DNA of 64,000 bases from Octopus bimaculoides (lineage: Eukaryota). Numbering within the stretch: the first letter of the stretch is position 1; every line of letters starts with the position of its first letter. The notes beneath the pieces are model-generated. The model was given only the letters and a program-made list of their open reading frames with translations, searched no databases and had not been told where the DNA came from. The DNA lies in assembly GCF_001194135.2 (NCBI RefSeq), contig NC_068997.1:6438120-6502119 (forward strand), written 5' to 3'. The translations under genes were made by a program, and so were the position numbers. Shown here piece by piece: positions 1-13,576 of the stretch.

Positions 1-666
1 CAGGAGAACCCAAACAATTTCTGCGACTACATCACCCCTAACATCTNNNNNNNNNNNNNNNNNNNNNNNNNNNNNNNNNNNNNNNNNNNNNNNNNNNNNN
101 NNNNNNNNNNNNNNNNNNNNNNNNNNNNNNNNNNNNNNNNNNNNNNNNNNNNNNNNNNNNNNNNNNNNNNNNNNNNNNNNNNNNNNNNNNNNNNNNNNNN
201 NNNNNNNNNNNNNNNNNNNNNNNNNNNNNNNNNNNNNNNNNNNNNNNNNNNNNNNNNNNNNNNNNNNNNNNNNNNNNNNNNNNNNNNNNNNNNNNNNNNN
301 NNNNNNNNNNNNNNNNNNNNNNNNNNNNNNNNNNNNNNNNNNNNNNNNNNNNNNNNNNNNNNNNNNNNNNNNNNNNNNNNNNNNNNNNNNNNNNNNNNNN
401 NNNNNNNNNNNNNNNNNNNNNNNNNNNNNNNNNNNNNNNNNNNNNNNNNNNNNNNNNNNNNNNNNNNNNNNNNNNNNNNNNNNNNNNNNNNNNNNNNNNN
501 NNNNNNNNNNNNNNNNNNNNNNNNNNNNNNNNNNNNNNNNNNNNNNNNNNNNNNNNNNNNNNNNNNNNNNNNNNNNNNNNNNNNNNNNNNNNNNNNNNNN
601 NNNNNNNNNNNNNNNNNNNNNNNNNNNNNNNNNNNNNNNNNNNNNNNNNNNNNNNNNNNNNNNNNN

Positions 667-705
<39 letters not shown>

Positions 706-1080
706 ATGTATTGTTGTTGGTAGTCTCTTGAGTCAAAGGAAGACAATTTTGCAATTTCTTGCTGAACAACCTGCACAAATGATTTGTTTATAAATGTTTG
801 TACCGTACATTAACTCCTGCTTTCCATCAAATCAACATTACCTGTACAGGTGTGCCACAAATCAGATGTCAAAGTGATCACAGAGCAATATGAAATGAAG
901 GGTTTTGCTCAAAAACACATCACACTGCCTGTTCTGGGTATCCGAACCACACTCTTACAATCATAAATACAACACCCTAACCACTAGACCACGCACCCTA
1001 TTCGATATATTATACTGCATCGCATATTGTTACTGTAATCAGTATGATTTATCCCCCCCCAAAATGTTGTTTCTTTACAG

Positions 1081-1237
1081 ATTTGGAGGATTCTCATCAC
1101 TGTACAGTGGATTTGAAGCCAGACTACTTCAGAGCTTTCTTAGTGGTGCCATTACCTTTCTACTGTACGAGAAAATATCAATGTTTGTATTTAAATTAAT
1201 GGGTATCAAATACCAGCTTGCTGAACATCCGCAATAA
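1081..1237 (+). CDS. SLC25A17: Terminal coding exon of peroxisomal membrane carrier PMP34 (mitochondrial carrier family); upstream exons lie outside the window or in the 47-667 gap
   Basis: Translation (R)FGGFSSLYSGFEARLLQSFLSGAITFLLYEKISMFVFKLMGIK matches the recalled PMP34 C-terminus [32 protein letters not shown]. Acceptor tttctttacag ends at 1080 (phase 2); TAA at 1235-1237. Confidence 0.88.
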
Positions 1238-1249
1238 GGAATGTCAGTG

Positions 1250-1440
1250 TTGTTTTTGCCTCAGCTCAGCTGTTTCAAGCAGACCTGTTACCAAAAGTAG
1301 TCCGGTTGTGACTACATTCGTTTGGGGAATATGTTACACTACATTACCTAATATTCTTTCCTGATTTAATAAGGTTAGATATGATGATTTGAAGGAGAGT
1401 TGGTTGTTATTTCTAGCAGAGCAAGAGACCACCTTAGTGG
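1250..1440 (+). mobile_element. Old dispersed SINE-like repeat (family E) at the start of the SLC25A17 3' UTR
   Basis: Motif gatttgaaggagagttggttgttatttctagca recurs in degenerate form near 27790-27945, 28010-28590 (split by a SINE), 45860-46075, 50850-50945 and 60570-60780. Confidence 0.55.
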
Positions 1441-1854
1441 CTTGCTTGTTTGTTCAACTCACAAATTTCTCTTAACATTCCTTTCCATTATTATTTTTGG
1501 CAAGTTCAATCTGTTGCAATACTTCTTATCCATAATTTCAGTTCTAACAAGTTTATTGTAATATTACCCTTCCATATTTGGTTTTATTGAATGTCTTCCA
1601 TTAGTTCCTCCAACAGTTTTCCTCTCACTCTCATTTAATCTTCCACTTTTATTACCTCATTTCCACCAGAGATATTCTTACATTCCATTCTTCATCTATT
1701 GAATTTGTTTTCTCATTCACCACAGTTATATTAAGTCTTATCCTCCACTCTCATTAAGACTGATGTACTAGCCCCGTTCTCTCCTGTCATTACTTTAGTT
1801 CTTACATTTTAGTTCTATCACATACTTCCTCCTCTCTTAATCTAACCCCCTATT

Positions 1855-2010
1855 CAGTCTCATCTAACTCTCCACTCATAATGAGTGTCTTATCTAACTC
1901 TCCACTCATGTTGAGTGTCTTCTAATATTTCATTCTTACTGAATCTAATCTAACCTCTTAACTGAATCTAATCTAACCTCTTAACTGAATCTCATTTAAC
2001 TCTCTACTGC
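1855..2010. repeat. Degenerate pyrimidine-rich minisatellite
   Basis: Repeated tctcatctaactctccactc and actgaatctaatctaacctctta units. Confidence 0.7.
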
Positions 2011-3249
2011 TGCACAATGTTTTCTGACTTTCTCTTACTATAGACTCAATTCTATTCAGCTGAACCTTTCGCTCTCTTATTACCCTGAGTCTATTGCATT
2101 TGTTGTAATACCCAACTTCATTTATGTTGAGAAAAATTATCTAACCCTATAGTCCATAATTCTATAAAGCAATTACTATACAAAGCATAGATCCAAAGCA
2201 ATTTTCATGTGATACACTCCACAGGATACATTAATTGATATGCTTTATGGCATGTGGCATAATTTCCTTCATGTAGTTTTACCAATGCTACATGAGAATG
2301 TTTTATTTCAGATATCAGTTGATATTTCTTATAATAACTACTGTAGAAGCAGTCTAAGTGAATCTATAGGGGCTCTGATTACACCAAAGCTAAATCAGGC
2401 CAAATAAGATTTCAAATAATAACTCATCAATTATTGAACCTGTATTTTCTCTCAACCCAAAATATATTTTAAAGCAAGACTGAATATATTTGTTGTTATG
2501 GAGAATTAATCAACTCTTACAATGCTACTTTTATTACTCTACTTCTGAGTGTTTTAACACTTCATTTTATTGACTCCAGTATTATCAAGACTGGTCTGAT
2601 AGCTGAATTCGCTTCTGTCATTATTTCAGTTCTAACATTTCAATTCTATTACATCCTCTATTCCATTATTTCTCTGCAAGTACTGCTAATATTTGATAAT
2701 TCCATTGTATATGTCCCGTTCTTCCAATGCAACTGTCATTTCGAGCCACTACAGAAACTAAGAAAAACAGCTTTACATTGAATGATATATATCACCAATA
2801 GTAACATTGTCACTCATTAACCTTTGTTAAATGTCATCTTTATTATCCTGACTGTTTTCTCTTATTTATTTATACATTGATTACACACAAATGTGACATT
2901 GGACTCTTTTACTGGTTCCAGTCACCAGAATCTGACTATTTTGTGGACATTGTTTACCAGTCATTTATTATCAATTTTACTCAGCAACTAGCAGCTGTGC
3001 TCACCTTTGGTCAAGTTTAATATCTAAAATAAATATGAATTCACTATATTTTTGGATAAATTGCTTTAAAAAAAATTGCCAACAATCCTTATTTGGTTAA
3101 TGAATGTTAATTTATTCAGAAGCTGATTCAAGTAAAGCTTTGTAAAGGTGTGCAAAAGAAAATTAAACAAAAAAAGTATAGAACCAAAAATAAACACTTT
3201 GTCTTTTGTTTTTTGCATTTTTCTTTTAAAACACTTCAACTCATCGTCC

Positions 3250-3602
3250 ATGCACACTAACACTGCACATCCAATGGAGCAGGTTTCATTTCTTATGAAC
3301 CTTTGCATTTTACCTACAGTCACAGCCCATGTTTCACTCCCATGTGGGAGTCGCCCAACTTCATGTGAAAGTTGCCCAACTCGACAGAGCAATCCTGGAG
3401 AGGGTGGAGGCCAACTTCCAAGAATGCCTTCAGAAATGCATCAATGAATGGACACCACATGATGGATGATGTTTGCCACACTTGATTTTGACAAATGTTA
3501 CTTCAATACAAACACATTGATGTCAATAAAATTTGTTTGTAGCTAAAATTAATGATTTTGTGAAATTTTCAAAAACGTCTGACCTCTCTACCCCACCCTG
3601 TA
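3250..3602 (+). mobile_element. Tc1/mariner remnant (transposase C-terminus plus right TIR)
   Basis: Frame from 3395 reads LERVEANFQECLQKCINE, like the LxRVxxNFxxRLxxCI mariner-family C-terminus. The sequence ends caccctgta, i.e. a TACAGGGTG TIR with TA. No left TIR found. Confidence 0.55.
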
Positions 3603-3880
3603 CAAACTAATACTAAACATTCTTGTCTCTTTTCCTATTATTATGATTATAATGTTGAAGCTGATATAAGCAAACCAGTAAAACTCCTTCTTTGTATTTA
3701 CCTGCTACATTTAGCAGTGAAATAACCACCGAAACCTACTCACTCCCAACTTTAAACCATGAATAATATATGTCTATGGTCTTAATTGTAGAGGAGAACA
3801 TGCTTCCAGTATATTTGATCCAATAAGAGCTAAGAAGATCACCAAGAAACGTTGATCTTTATAACTAATTCTTGTTTAAT

Positions 3881-4388
3881 TCTTTTACTCTTTTACTCTT
3901 TTACTTGTTTCAGTCATTTGACTGCGGCCATGCTGGAGCACCGCCTTTAGTCGAGCAAATCGACCCCAGGACTTATTCTTTGGAAGCCTAGTACTTATTC
4001 TATCGATCTCTTTTGCCGAACCGCTAAGTTACGGGGACGTAAACACACCAGCATCGGTTGTCAAGCGATGTTGGGGGGACAAACAGACACACACATACAT
4101 ATACATATATANNNNNNNNNNNNNNNNNNNNNNNNNNNNNNNNNNNNNNNNNNNNNNNNNNNNNNNNNNNNNNNNNNNNNNNNNNNNNNNNNNNNNNNNN
4201 NNNNNNNNNNNNNNNATATATACATATATACGACGGGCTTCTTTCAGTTTCTGTTTACCAAATCCACTCACAAGGCTTTGGTCAACCCGAGGCTATAGTA
4301 GATGACACTTGCCCAAGGTGCCACACAGTGGGACTGAACCCAGAACCATGTGGTTGGTAAGCAAGCTACTTACCACACAGCCACTCCC
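3881..4388 (-). mobile_element. tRNA-derived SINE, family A (head, internal CA/TA microsatellite or gap, conserved tail)
   Basis: Minus strand head GAGTGGCTGTGTGGTAAG...GGTTCAGTCCC (A/B boxes); tail ...ccagcatggccgcagtcaaatgactgaaacaag(taaaagag)n. Near-identical copy at 20488-20882. Confidence 0.85.
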
Positions 4389-4900
4389 GCGCCTATTCAA
4401 TGTAAGGATTTCAAATGAAGAGTCCCAGAGTATATATCAGATTACACACATAACAACATGGTTAAGAAGTTTGTTTTGTAAATCAGGTCTTCCTACATTC
4501 AATATCACTGAGCTGAGTCTTGGGCAAGCAGTGGCACAGAATAAGTTTGGGCCATTTAATTATTCCATTAAAATTACCAACCCTTTGACTTACAGCAAAT
4601 AAACACACATATAAAGAGTTTGTCTCTGTAGGGTCGGCTCACCTTACACTAACTCCCTTGTAGATAAGTGTTTTGTGCCTTTCTTTCCGGCAGACACAAA
4701 CCTTATTTGTAAATTTTGATAGACAGAGAATATATGGAAGCCCACTAGACTGTACCTGCTATTGTCATCCAGTTAGCAGAAGACAGTTGCCCAAAATAAC
4801 ATGATGTTCAACCAAACCTGTGAAAATATGAGTTACAAATACAAAACATGAGAAACACAAAAGCACTATTTTGTTCATAGCCTTATGGCTAAGATCAATA

Positions 4901-4903
4901 TCC

Positions 4904-4958
<55 letters not shown>
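4901..4958. repeat. (TAT)n microsatellite, representative of many simple repeats in the window
   Basis: Direct reading; explains the poly-L and poly-Y ORFs. Confidence 0.95.
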
Positions 4959-5128
4959 GTTCAGTTTGTTTTATTTTTATGACGTGCTTTCACTTCACTA
5001 CCGAGCGCAGCTCTGTACGCCTTGGGTATGTGGTGTGGTTTGCTGTGGTGCTCTTATGTTTACTGTATTGAAAGTGTTTTGCATAGAATGTGTGCAGTAC
5101 CCAGTAGTGCAATTTTCTGTATGTTATA

Positions 5129-5163
<35 letters not shown>

Positions 5164-5472
5164 TAAGATGATATATTTGAAAATTTGGAAGAAATTCAAC
5201 TTTGATGGTTGGTTTGATTTGTTTATTGACAAGCAAAAATTAAAAGGCAAAACAACATTATAATTATCTATTTTATTAAACGAGTGAAAATAATTTAATC
5301 ATTACATCAGTGCAACTATTTCAAACATTTCCACAAAATATGTTAATACATGTACATACATCTATATGTATATGGTTATGTATGTGTGTGTGTGTATGTA
5401 AGTATATGCAACATACGCATAATATAACAACTACAAACAATATGTACATGTGTAGTTATATATATATATATA

Positions 5473-5564
<92 letters not shown>

Positions 5565-7207
5565 CAAGAAGCAGCTCAACATATATAAGCAATATCAAAC
5601 ATGCATACAAGGTATGTGTTTTGCTAGTTTGTGGGTAGGCTGCACTTGTTGGTGTAAGATATATTCTCATCAATTTTCCTGGTGTTAAAAGACCTGGAAG
5701 TCATAGACAAGCAAGATAACTCACACCCAGTCCCATTCAGGAACGATAAACATTGATGTTTTATCATTTTTATGACTTGTCAATACCGCATAGATACGTG
5801 GTTATATATGATGTAATGTAATATAAAATATAATGTAATATAATATGTATATATATGATATATATATAAACATATATTATATTATAATATAATAATAATA
5901 ATGAAATTATTGTGTATAGCGCTCAGATGCACTACAATATAATATAATATATTTCCTTGTGCACGTCCTCATGTTGTCCATTAATTTTGTTCATTCATTT
6001 GAATTGACTATTTATAAACATATATCTACATATATATATATATATAAAGGAGCACTATACAAGTCCAAAGTAAGATCCAATAGGCTTAAAATAAGCCCTG
6101 CAGAGTGAATAATAAAAGCAATAATTTAAATGAAAAAAGAAGTCAAACTGACATAACAATTGTTTCTGCAAAAAGACCAAGATTTTAATTCTAAGTGTCT
6201 CATACAATGTTATGCAATTCATACTATGTCATGTAATACAAGACATTGTATATGAAAATATGTAATAATTTTATAGTCCTTTTGCTTCCTGAGATGTCAT
6301 AATTTGAAGGCACCATTGACTAAATGAATGCTTTAGGATAAGTTCATTTGGGCATACCACAATATGTAAATAACTAAATGAATATTTTAGGTTGTATTCA
6401 TGTATGTCACAATATGTAAACAAGCCAAACATTTAATAGCTTTCACTTGATAGCTTCCATAGGTTTTATATACATATATCTATATGTGTGAACATCTATT
6501 TGCAGCTATATATGAATATCCATGTATGTGTCTCATCATCATCATTGTAATCATCTGTTTTTCATGCTGGCATGGGTTGAACAGTTTGACAGGTGCTGAT
6601 AAGCCAGAGGACAGCAACAGGCTCCAAATGTCTGCTTTTGGATGGTTTCTATTGCTGGATGACCTTAACATCTGTGCAGCCATCATAATGTTGCAATATT
6701 TTTTGTGTGTGTATGTGGATGTCTTCATGTTAGTTTACGTGCTTGCATATGTCATTGCATGAGATTGTAGCATAAAGCAGGGGATGAATTAAAAATGTAG
6801 ACCTTTTTAGAGAATTTTATCTTACTGCTATTGTTGTCGCAAAAGTCATTAAATGGCTGAGGATTGTTCTGTTTAGTGCTTTGACCAATAAGATAAATTT
6901 CAACCAGTTTTGATTACAATCTTAAAAGCTACAGGAGATATCAAGTAAAAGCTGTATCTGGTCTATTTGCATATTTTGGCACATTCCAATGAACTTATCC
7001 TAATGCATTCATTTAGACGTTGGTGTCTTCAGATCATGACATCTGAAGAAAGGAATGGACTTTGGAATGATTACAGATTTCCATATAATATGACATGGCT
7101 AACACAACATGGGATGAATTGGGTAACATTCTATGAGATATGGAATAAACCATACTCTCTGTTTATGGAAACAATTGCAATTTCAATTTGACTTTTCCTT
7201 TTATGAT

Positions 7208-7258
7208 TTAAATTATTACTTTTAGATATATACATACATATGTATGTATGTATGTGTC

Positions 7259-7289
<31 letters not shown>

Positions 7290-7453
7290 GCATATATATA
7301 TGCATATATATATATGTATACATATATATACACACACACATACATACACACACGCAAATGTATATATATATGCATATATTTATATATATATGTATATGTA
7401 TACATATATATATATATACACACACATACATACATGCAAACGTGTATATATAT

Positions 7454-7505
<52 letters not shown>

Positions 7506-7600
7506 GCACACACACAAATATAGACATATATATATATACATATATATGTATGTATGTATGTATATGTGTGCGTGTATCCATACATACAAATATATATGTA
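7208..7600. repeat. Compound (TA)n/(CA)n/(TATG)n microsatellite field
   Basis: Direct reading; explains the YIYI ORFs in all frames. Confidence 0.95.
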
Positions 7601-7653
7601 TGTGTATTGCAGAAACAAGAAACAAGCATTTGATATGTATTCAATATATATGC

Positions 7654-7689
<36 letters not shown>

Positions 7690-7885
7690 AATAATTATAT
7701 TACATATAATCCATGCCAGTATGGAAAACGGATATTAAGCAATGATAATGATGATGAGATTATATATATATATATATATATATATATAACATTATATATT
7801 CAATTGATAAATATGTAATATATATATATGTAAATGTATACATGTGTCTGCTTATGTATTGAGCTGTGTGTATATATATATGCAT

Positions 7886-8128
7886 ATATATAGAAAACAA
7901 AGTTATTTTACTCCACACTGGTAGAAATATAGGAAAAATAAAAGTTGAAAATGCACTGAGAATAGTTAGAACATTTTTTATTAAAATATTTAAAGCTTTA
8001 ACCAGCTTCACAGTTTTTCAATTTGAACTGTTTGAAAATCAGTGTAAACTGTGAAATGGTTTAAAGCTTTAAATATATTAATAAAAGATATTTTTACTAT
8101 TCTCAGTACATTTTCTACCTCTATTTTT

Positions 8129-8132
<4 letters not shown>
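7886..8132. mobile_element. TA-flanked fold-back element (family F, short form) with ~90-bp inverted arms
   Basis: 7929-8018 is the reverse complement of 8047-8132 (roughly 80% by eye). The left end tagaaaacaaagttatttt matches 13577 and the right end matches 14264-14365. Confidence 0.7.
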
Positions 8133-8164
<32 letters not shown>

Positions 8165-8536
8165 AATGTCTGTATATGTATGTATATATATATATATGTG
8201 TGTCTGTGTGTGTTTGTGCATGTGTTTGTATATGTATGTGTATATGTATATATATGTTTGTATGTATATATATNNNNNNNNNNNNNNNNNNNNNNNNNNN
8301 NNNNNNNNNNNNNNNNNNNNNNNNNNNNNNNNNNNNNNNNNNNNNNNNNNNNNNNNNNNNNNNNNNNNNNNNNNNNNNNNNNNNNNNNNNNNNNNNNNNN
8401 NNNNNNNNNNNNNNNNNNNNNNNNNNNNNNNNNNNNNNNNNNNNNNNNNNNNNNNNNNNNNNNNNNNNNNNNNNNNNNNNNNNNNNNNNNNNNNNNNNNN
8501 NNNNNNNNNNNNNNNNNNNNNNNNNNNNNNNNNNNN

Positions 8537-8574
<38 letters not shown>

Positions 8575-9702
8575 TCGGGTGTTCAAAAGCACACTTTAAA
8601 AGAAATTTTGAGCTGTTATTTTTTGAAGGATTTAAGTCATGTATTCTTGGTTATAAAATATAACCAGTCAGAAAGTTTACATTTGTTTTGTGTTCCTGTT
8701 GCACTTGGCAATACAGACAATACATCAGACATGTTTACTGGTAGCACATAGTCTCTTTACTAATGAAAATAAATATACAGTCAGTTTGGTGAAGAAAAAA
8801 AACCAAAACAAAAAAAATATCACAAGAGGGAAAGATAACTTGCCTCTCTTTGTACAATTCCTCGTATTTCTGAAGTGGATCAGCTCTGCCTGCATATGTT
8901 TTTGCCATTTTCTAATCTGCAACTGGAGAAGATTCATTTGCTTCCAAAACAATTTTTTTATTATGAGAGCTGCAGCTAAAAATTTGACTTTTGAATTCAG
9001 GAAAGCACCCAGATTGATCCAATTTTTTTAGGTTTGTTGTCCTTTCAACTAAGCAAAGTTTGTATCATCTGTTTCTGTTAAGGTATGGCCTAAGTTGTTC
9101 CAGTAACTTCCAGTTAATTTTGTATGGCATTCCCTCTTCTTTTAATCACCATATATAGCTGGCTAATGTAATGTTACACATCTCTAGGATCCTAAAAGAG
9201 GACCTGCAGTTATTTAGCCTGACCTTCTTGAATTTAAAAAGTGACATTTTTAGCTGTGACATTCATGACAGAAAATTTGTTTGGAAATGTGGTCTTCCTC
9301 ATTTGTGGATAAGAGAATGGAAAAAAAACATGTAGGCACAGCTGACTTACTTCGGCTACACTTGCAATCACAAGGGAAAGCAATTCTTTTTTTTTCCCTC
9401 CCAGAAAGGGATTTTTTCTGTTTTCTTTTTTTGTTTCAGTCATTTCTCCACCAAAATGACTAAGACTATATATTTACCTCCTTCATTAAAGAGGCTATGT
9501 GATTGTGGCCAGCATTTCTGATGAGTCACTTATATTGCCAAGTGCAATAGTAGATGTGAAAACCAATGGTAACTTTCTGGCCAGTGATATGCCATAACCA
9601 AGAATATACTACTCTGCGATACATAAAAATAACATGAAACTAATTGGTAAGATTAACTGAAATGGATCTACAATGCTGTATATTTTTATAATGTATGCAT
9701 TT

Positions 9703-9756
<54 letters not shown>

Positions 9757-9831
9757 TCATATGTGTGTGTGCATGAGTATGTCATGTATATGTTTACATA
9801 TTTACATTCACATTTATATATATATATTTAT

Positions 9832-9868
<37 letters not shown>

Positions 9869-10214
9869 TATGTATGTGTATATATAGCTTATTTTATAAT
9901 GGACATAGAGTTGATTATGGAATGTTTATTATTTTGATATTTTAATAATATTTTTGTATCTTTATATAATAAGTATTTTATANNNNNNNNNNTATTTTAT
10001 AATGGACATAGAGTTGATTATGGAATGTTTATTATTTTGATATTTTAATAATATTTTTGTATCTTTATATAATAAGTATTTTATATACATTCATTTGTTA
10101 TTTATTGTTGGTTGATATATTCATTTATTATTATTATTGTTATATCTTGACCTGAAGATTAGCTATATTTTTGAATAGAATTGATTTTCGATAGTTTTAA
10201 TCGATTTTATGTGA

Positions 10215-10410
10215 TGGTGGCACATATAAAGTACCCACTACACTCTCAGAGTGGTTGGCATTAAGAAGAGCATCCAGCTGTAGAAACATTACCAGATCAG
10301 ATTGAAGCCATGGTGCAGCCGCTGGCTTTCCAGACCTCAGTCAAACAGTCCAACCCATGCCAGCATGGAAAATGGACGTTAAACGATGATGGTGATGATG
10401 ATGATGATCA
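10215..10410 (+). mobile_element. 5'-truncated retroposon, family C, with (GAT)n tail
   Basis: cactacactctcagagtggttggcattaagaagagcatccagctgtag...caacccatgccagcatggaaaatggacgttaaacgatgatg. The same 3' end occurs at 12826-12911, 13225-13345, 13525-13572, 14426-15030 and reversed near 6536-6600. Confidence 0.8.
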
Positions 10411-10569
10411 AATATTATTATTAAACTTGAAACTGGAGAGATCCAATGTATACAAATTAATTTATTAATCAATTAACATCTTCACCTACAATTGTTTCAT
10501 TTCGCATCCAATTTAAATGACAAAACATATATAAATATATAATCTTGCATTTCAAAATTCCTTTGGTAC

Positions 10570-12772
10570 ACCATGTACGAACCAAAGGAACCCACAGACA
10601 TGCAGCCTATGAGAAGCTCCTAAAATCTATCCAATCTGAACTACCATAAAGCAGACTGGAAAGCAATTGAGAAAGAGATCACCAAACAGGACTGGTCCCA
10701 ATGTCTCTCTACACCTGACATCGAAATGAAATTGAAAACTTTCATATCTGTAATACAAGCCATATGCTACAATTTTATCCCAGAGAAAAGGGCCACTGCA
10801 CATAAAAACAAGATTCCCGAGGAGAGAAGAGTTCTTATGAGACAACGTACAAACATTGCAAACCACCTCAACGGCAGTGAGGAATCCCACCTGGAAACAG
10901 CACTGCTGGAGATTGAGAAACAACTGAAGTGCTCCCATGGGAAGGAAAGAGCAGCCGGAGAAGCCTGGGTCATAAAAGATATAAAATCAAACCTTAAAGT
11001 CTTCTTTAAGTATGTCCAAGGAGACTGCCTCCTTACATTGTAGTGTAGGGTCACTGCTTCAAAAAGCTGGCTCCCTCACAGGATAAGTGAAACACTGAAT
11101 GAACACCCCACCCCAGCAAACCTGTAGAATTCTTTACCTCTACAGAAGCAGAAAAAAAAATGATTACATTTATATTAAAGAAGAGGATGTAATACTGGCA
11201 ATAGATGATGTAGATGCAAGGATTCCCAGCAGTCCTTCTCAAGTCATGCAAAGGAGTCTTTGCAAAACTATTGCAAAAATTCCTCGCAAATGGTAAGCTC
11301 ATGGACAAACTGAAGGAAGGAATAATATGCCCAATCCATAAAGGAGGTGGCAGAGCAGATGCTAAGAACTATAGGCCTATCACTCTGACCTCACACATCA
11401 GCAAAACTAGGGAACGAATAGTCCGATACTGACTGACACCCAGCATGGTTTCTGACCAGGTAAAAGCTACCTGACACAGCTCTTGCAGCATTATGACTAG
11501 GTGCTTAAGCAGCTGCTCAGCAATCCGAATGTGGATGTGATGTACCTTGACTTTGCAAAAGCCCATGACAAAGTCAACCATGGTATGATTTATCACAAGC
11601 TGCATAATCTTGGCACAGCTGGAAAACTTGGAGAATGGATACATGACTTTCTAAAAGATAAAAATCAGGTAGTGGTGGCCAACAGGGCCACCTCCAATGA
11701 AACACAAATAATGTGTGGTGTTCCACATGGCACTGTATTGGGGCCGCTGCTATTTATAGAGGCCCTCTCAGACACGTCCTCAGCTACTCAAGTAGCCACT
11801 CTTGCTAGCGATGCAGAGGATACTAAAGTTTCTTAGAGGATACAGATCCCTGGAGACATTGTGCATCTGCAACATGAGTTGGACACAATATACAAGTGGG
11901 CAGAAGAAAATGACATGCAGTTTAATTTCTGGAAAATTCCAAGCCCTTGCTAACAACACACAAAGCTCAATGGAAAGCAAACAGAATACACTGGTCCAGG
12001 AGGGATTGCAATCTCTGAATCAAAATCAGTGCATGACCAGAGCATCAACGTGAATAACGATGCACCTTGCCAGGTGTGTATTACTAAGTTGGCAATAAAA
12101 TGCAGACAGTTGACCGGATAGATCCTTCAAACTTTCAAAATGAGAGAACAGGAAACCATGATGGTCCTCTGGAAGACTTTCATTCTCAGCCATCTGCATT
12201 ACCGTTCCCAACTGTGGTCACCAATAATGAAGGAACTTGAGGCAAGCCAATGAAGCTACACAAACAAGATCGTCTTAATGCGACGTGTCAGCTACTGGGA
12301 GAGACTGAAAAAGTTAAGACTCTACTCCCTAGAATGAAGGCAGGAAAGATATGCAGTAATATACATCTGGAAGATCCTAGAAGAGCTTGTATCTAACTTT
12401 GGCATTGTAAGTTACACAAATAGCAAAACAGGAGACTACTACATAGTACCAAAAATCTCAACATTACCATCAGGATACAGAACCAGATACTGCAACAGCT
12501 TGGGCTTTAAGGGCCCACAGCTTTCAATATCCTCCTACAAAGACTGAGAGACTTGCATGGTGTGGATGTAGGCATTTTCAAAACAAAACCAGATCACTTT
12601 CTGTCAGGAGTTCCAGATGAACCTACCTCAAGGCAAGAAGTACAGATGAGGACAGCAATGTCAAACTCCCTCATTCACCAAATGTCACACATGAAAGGAG
12701 GTTTAGTGGAAGTGTAGCAAAGCAAATAGCGGTGCCCCAGTATAGCCACAACAGTCAGGCTGAAACTAAAAT
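10570..12772 (+). mobile_element. Decayed, 5'-truncated CR1/L2-group LINE (reverse transcriptase pseudogene)
   Basis: Frameshifted RT motifs KEGIICPIHKGG..AKNYRPITLTSHISK, DVMYLDFAKAHDKVNHG, CGVPHGTVLGPLLF and (S)DAEDTKV; many stops. Confidence 0.9.
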
Positions 12773-12955
12773 ATATATGCATGTGTTTTGCACTTTTGGG
12801 CATTAAACATCTCTATAAAATGACCTCTCTATTGGAGCCTGGTGCAGCCTTCTGGTTCACTAGTCCTCAGTCCAATCGTCCAACCCATGCTAGCATGGAA
12901 AGCGGACGTTANNNNNNNNNNNNNNNNNNNNNNNNNNNNNNNNNNNNNNNNNNNN

Positions 12956-13020
<65 letters not shown>

Positions 13021-13477
13021 CACATCAGCACCATCATCATCCTCATCATTGTCATTATCGTTTTAATGTTCACTTTTCCATGCTAGCCCATTGGCTTACT
13101 AATGTTTATTATACTCTACATTGATGTTGCATAATTGTCCTTCATTGGGATTCTAATTTTGTTAATAGTATAAGTTATGCCTGTTTAGGAGCTTTTAACT
13201 GTAGAAGCACAGTTGTTGCTTATAGAGACCATGCCAAGCAGACATAGACCTGGTGCAGCCTTCTGGCTTGTCTGTTCTTGTCAAATCATCCAACCCATGC
13301 CAGCATGGAAAAAAGGGATGTTAAATGATGATGCTGATGATGTCGATAGTAATAGTGGTAGTGGTGGTGTAGGTGGTGGTGGCCGGAATAGTGAGGAGAG
13401 GGATATTTAATTCTGTAATCAAACTGAGTATTCTAGTCTTGTTCATATAATTTCATTTGCAGTATATGATATATATG

Positions 13478-13509
<32 letters not shown>

Positions 13510-13576
13510 CACACACACATATACCCATGCTAGCATGGAAGGCAGATGTTAGATGATGATGATGATGATGATATAT

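Noticed and set aside
6967-7191. 74-aa ORF with Trp-rich content
   Set aside because: No recognisable family, weak splice context and no partner exons found.
4871-8751. Numerous ORFs rich in YI, CV, HT, poly-L or poly-Y here and throughout the window, plus X-filled ORFs
   Set aside because: These are translations of microsatellites and N gaps, with no coding signal.
8690-9560. Short open frames (e.g. minus-strand MAKTYAGRADPLQKYEELYKER) in non-repetitive sequence
   Set aside because: Frames are interrupted by stops, splice sites are poor, and I recognise no homology.
9890-10085. Exact ~93-bp direct repeat
   Set aside because: The copies flank a 10-N gap; most likely an unmerged contig overlap.
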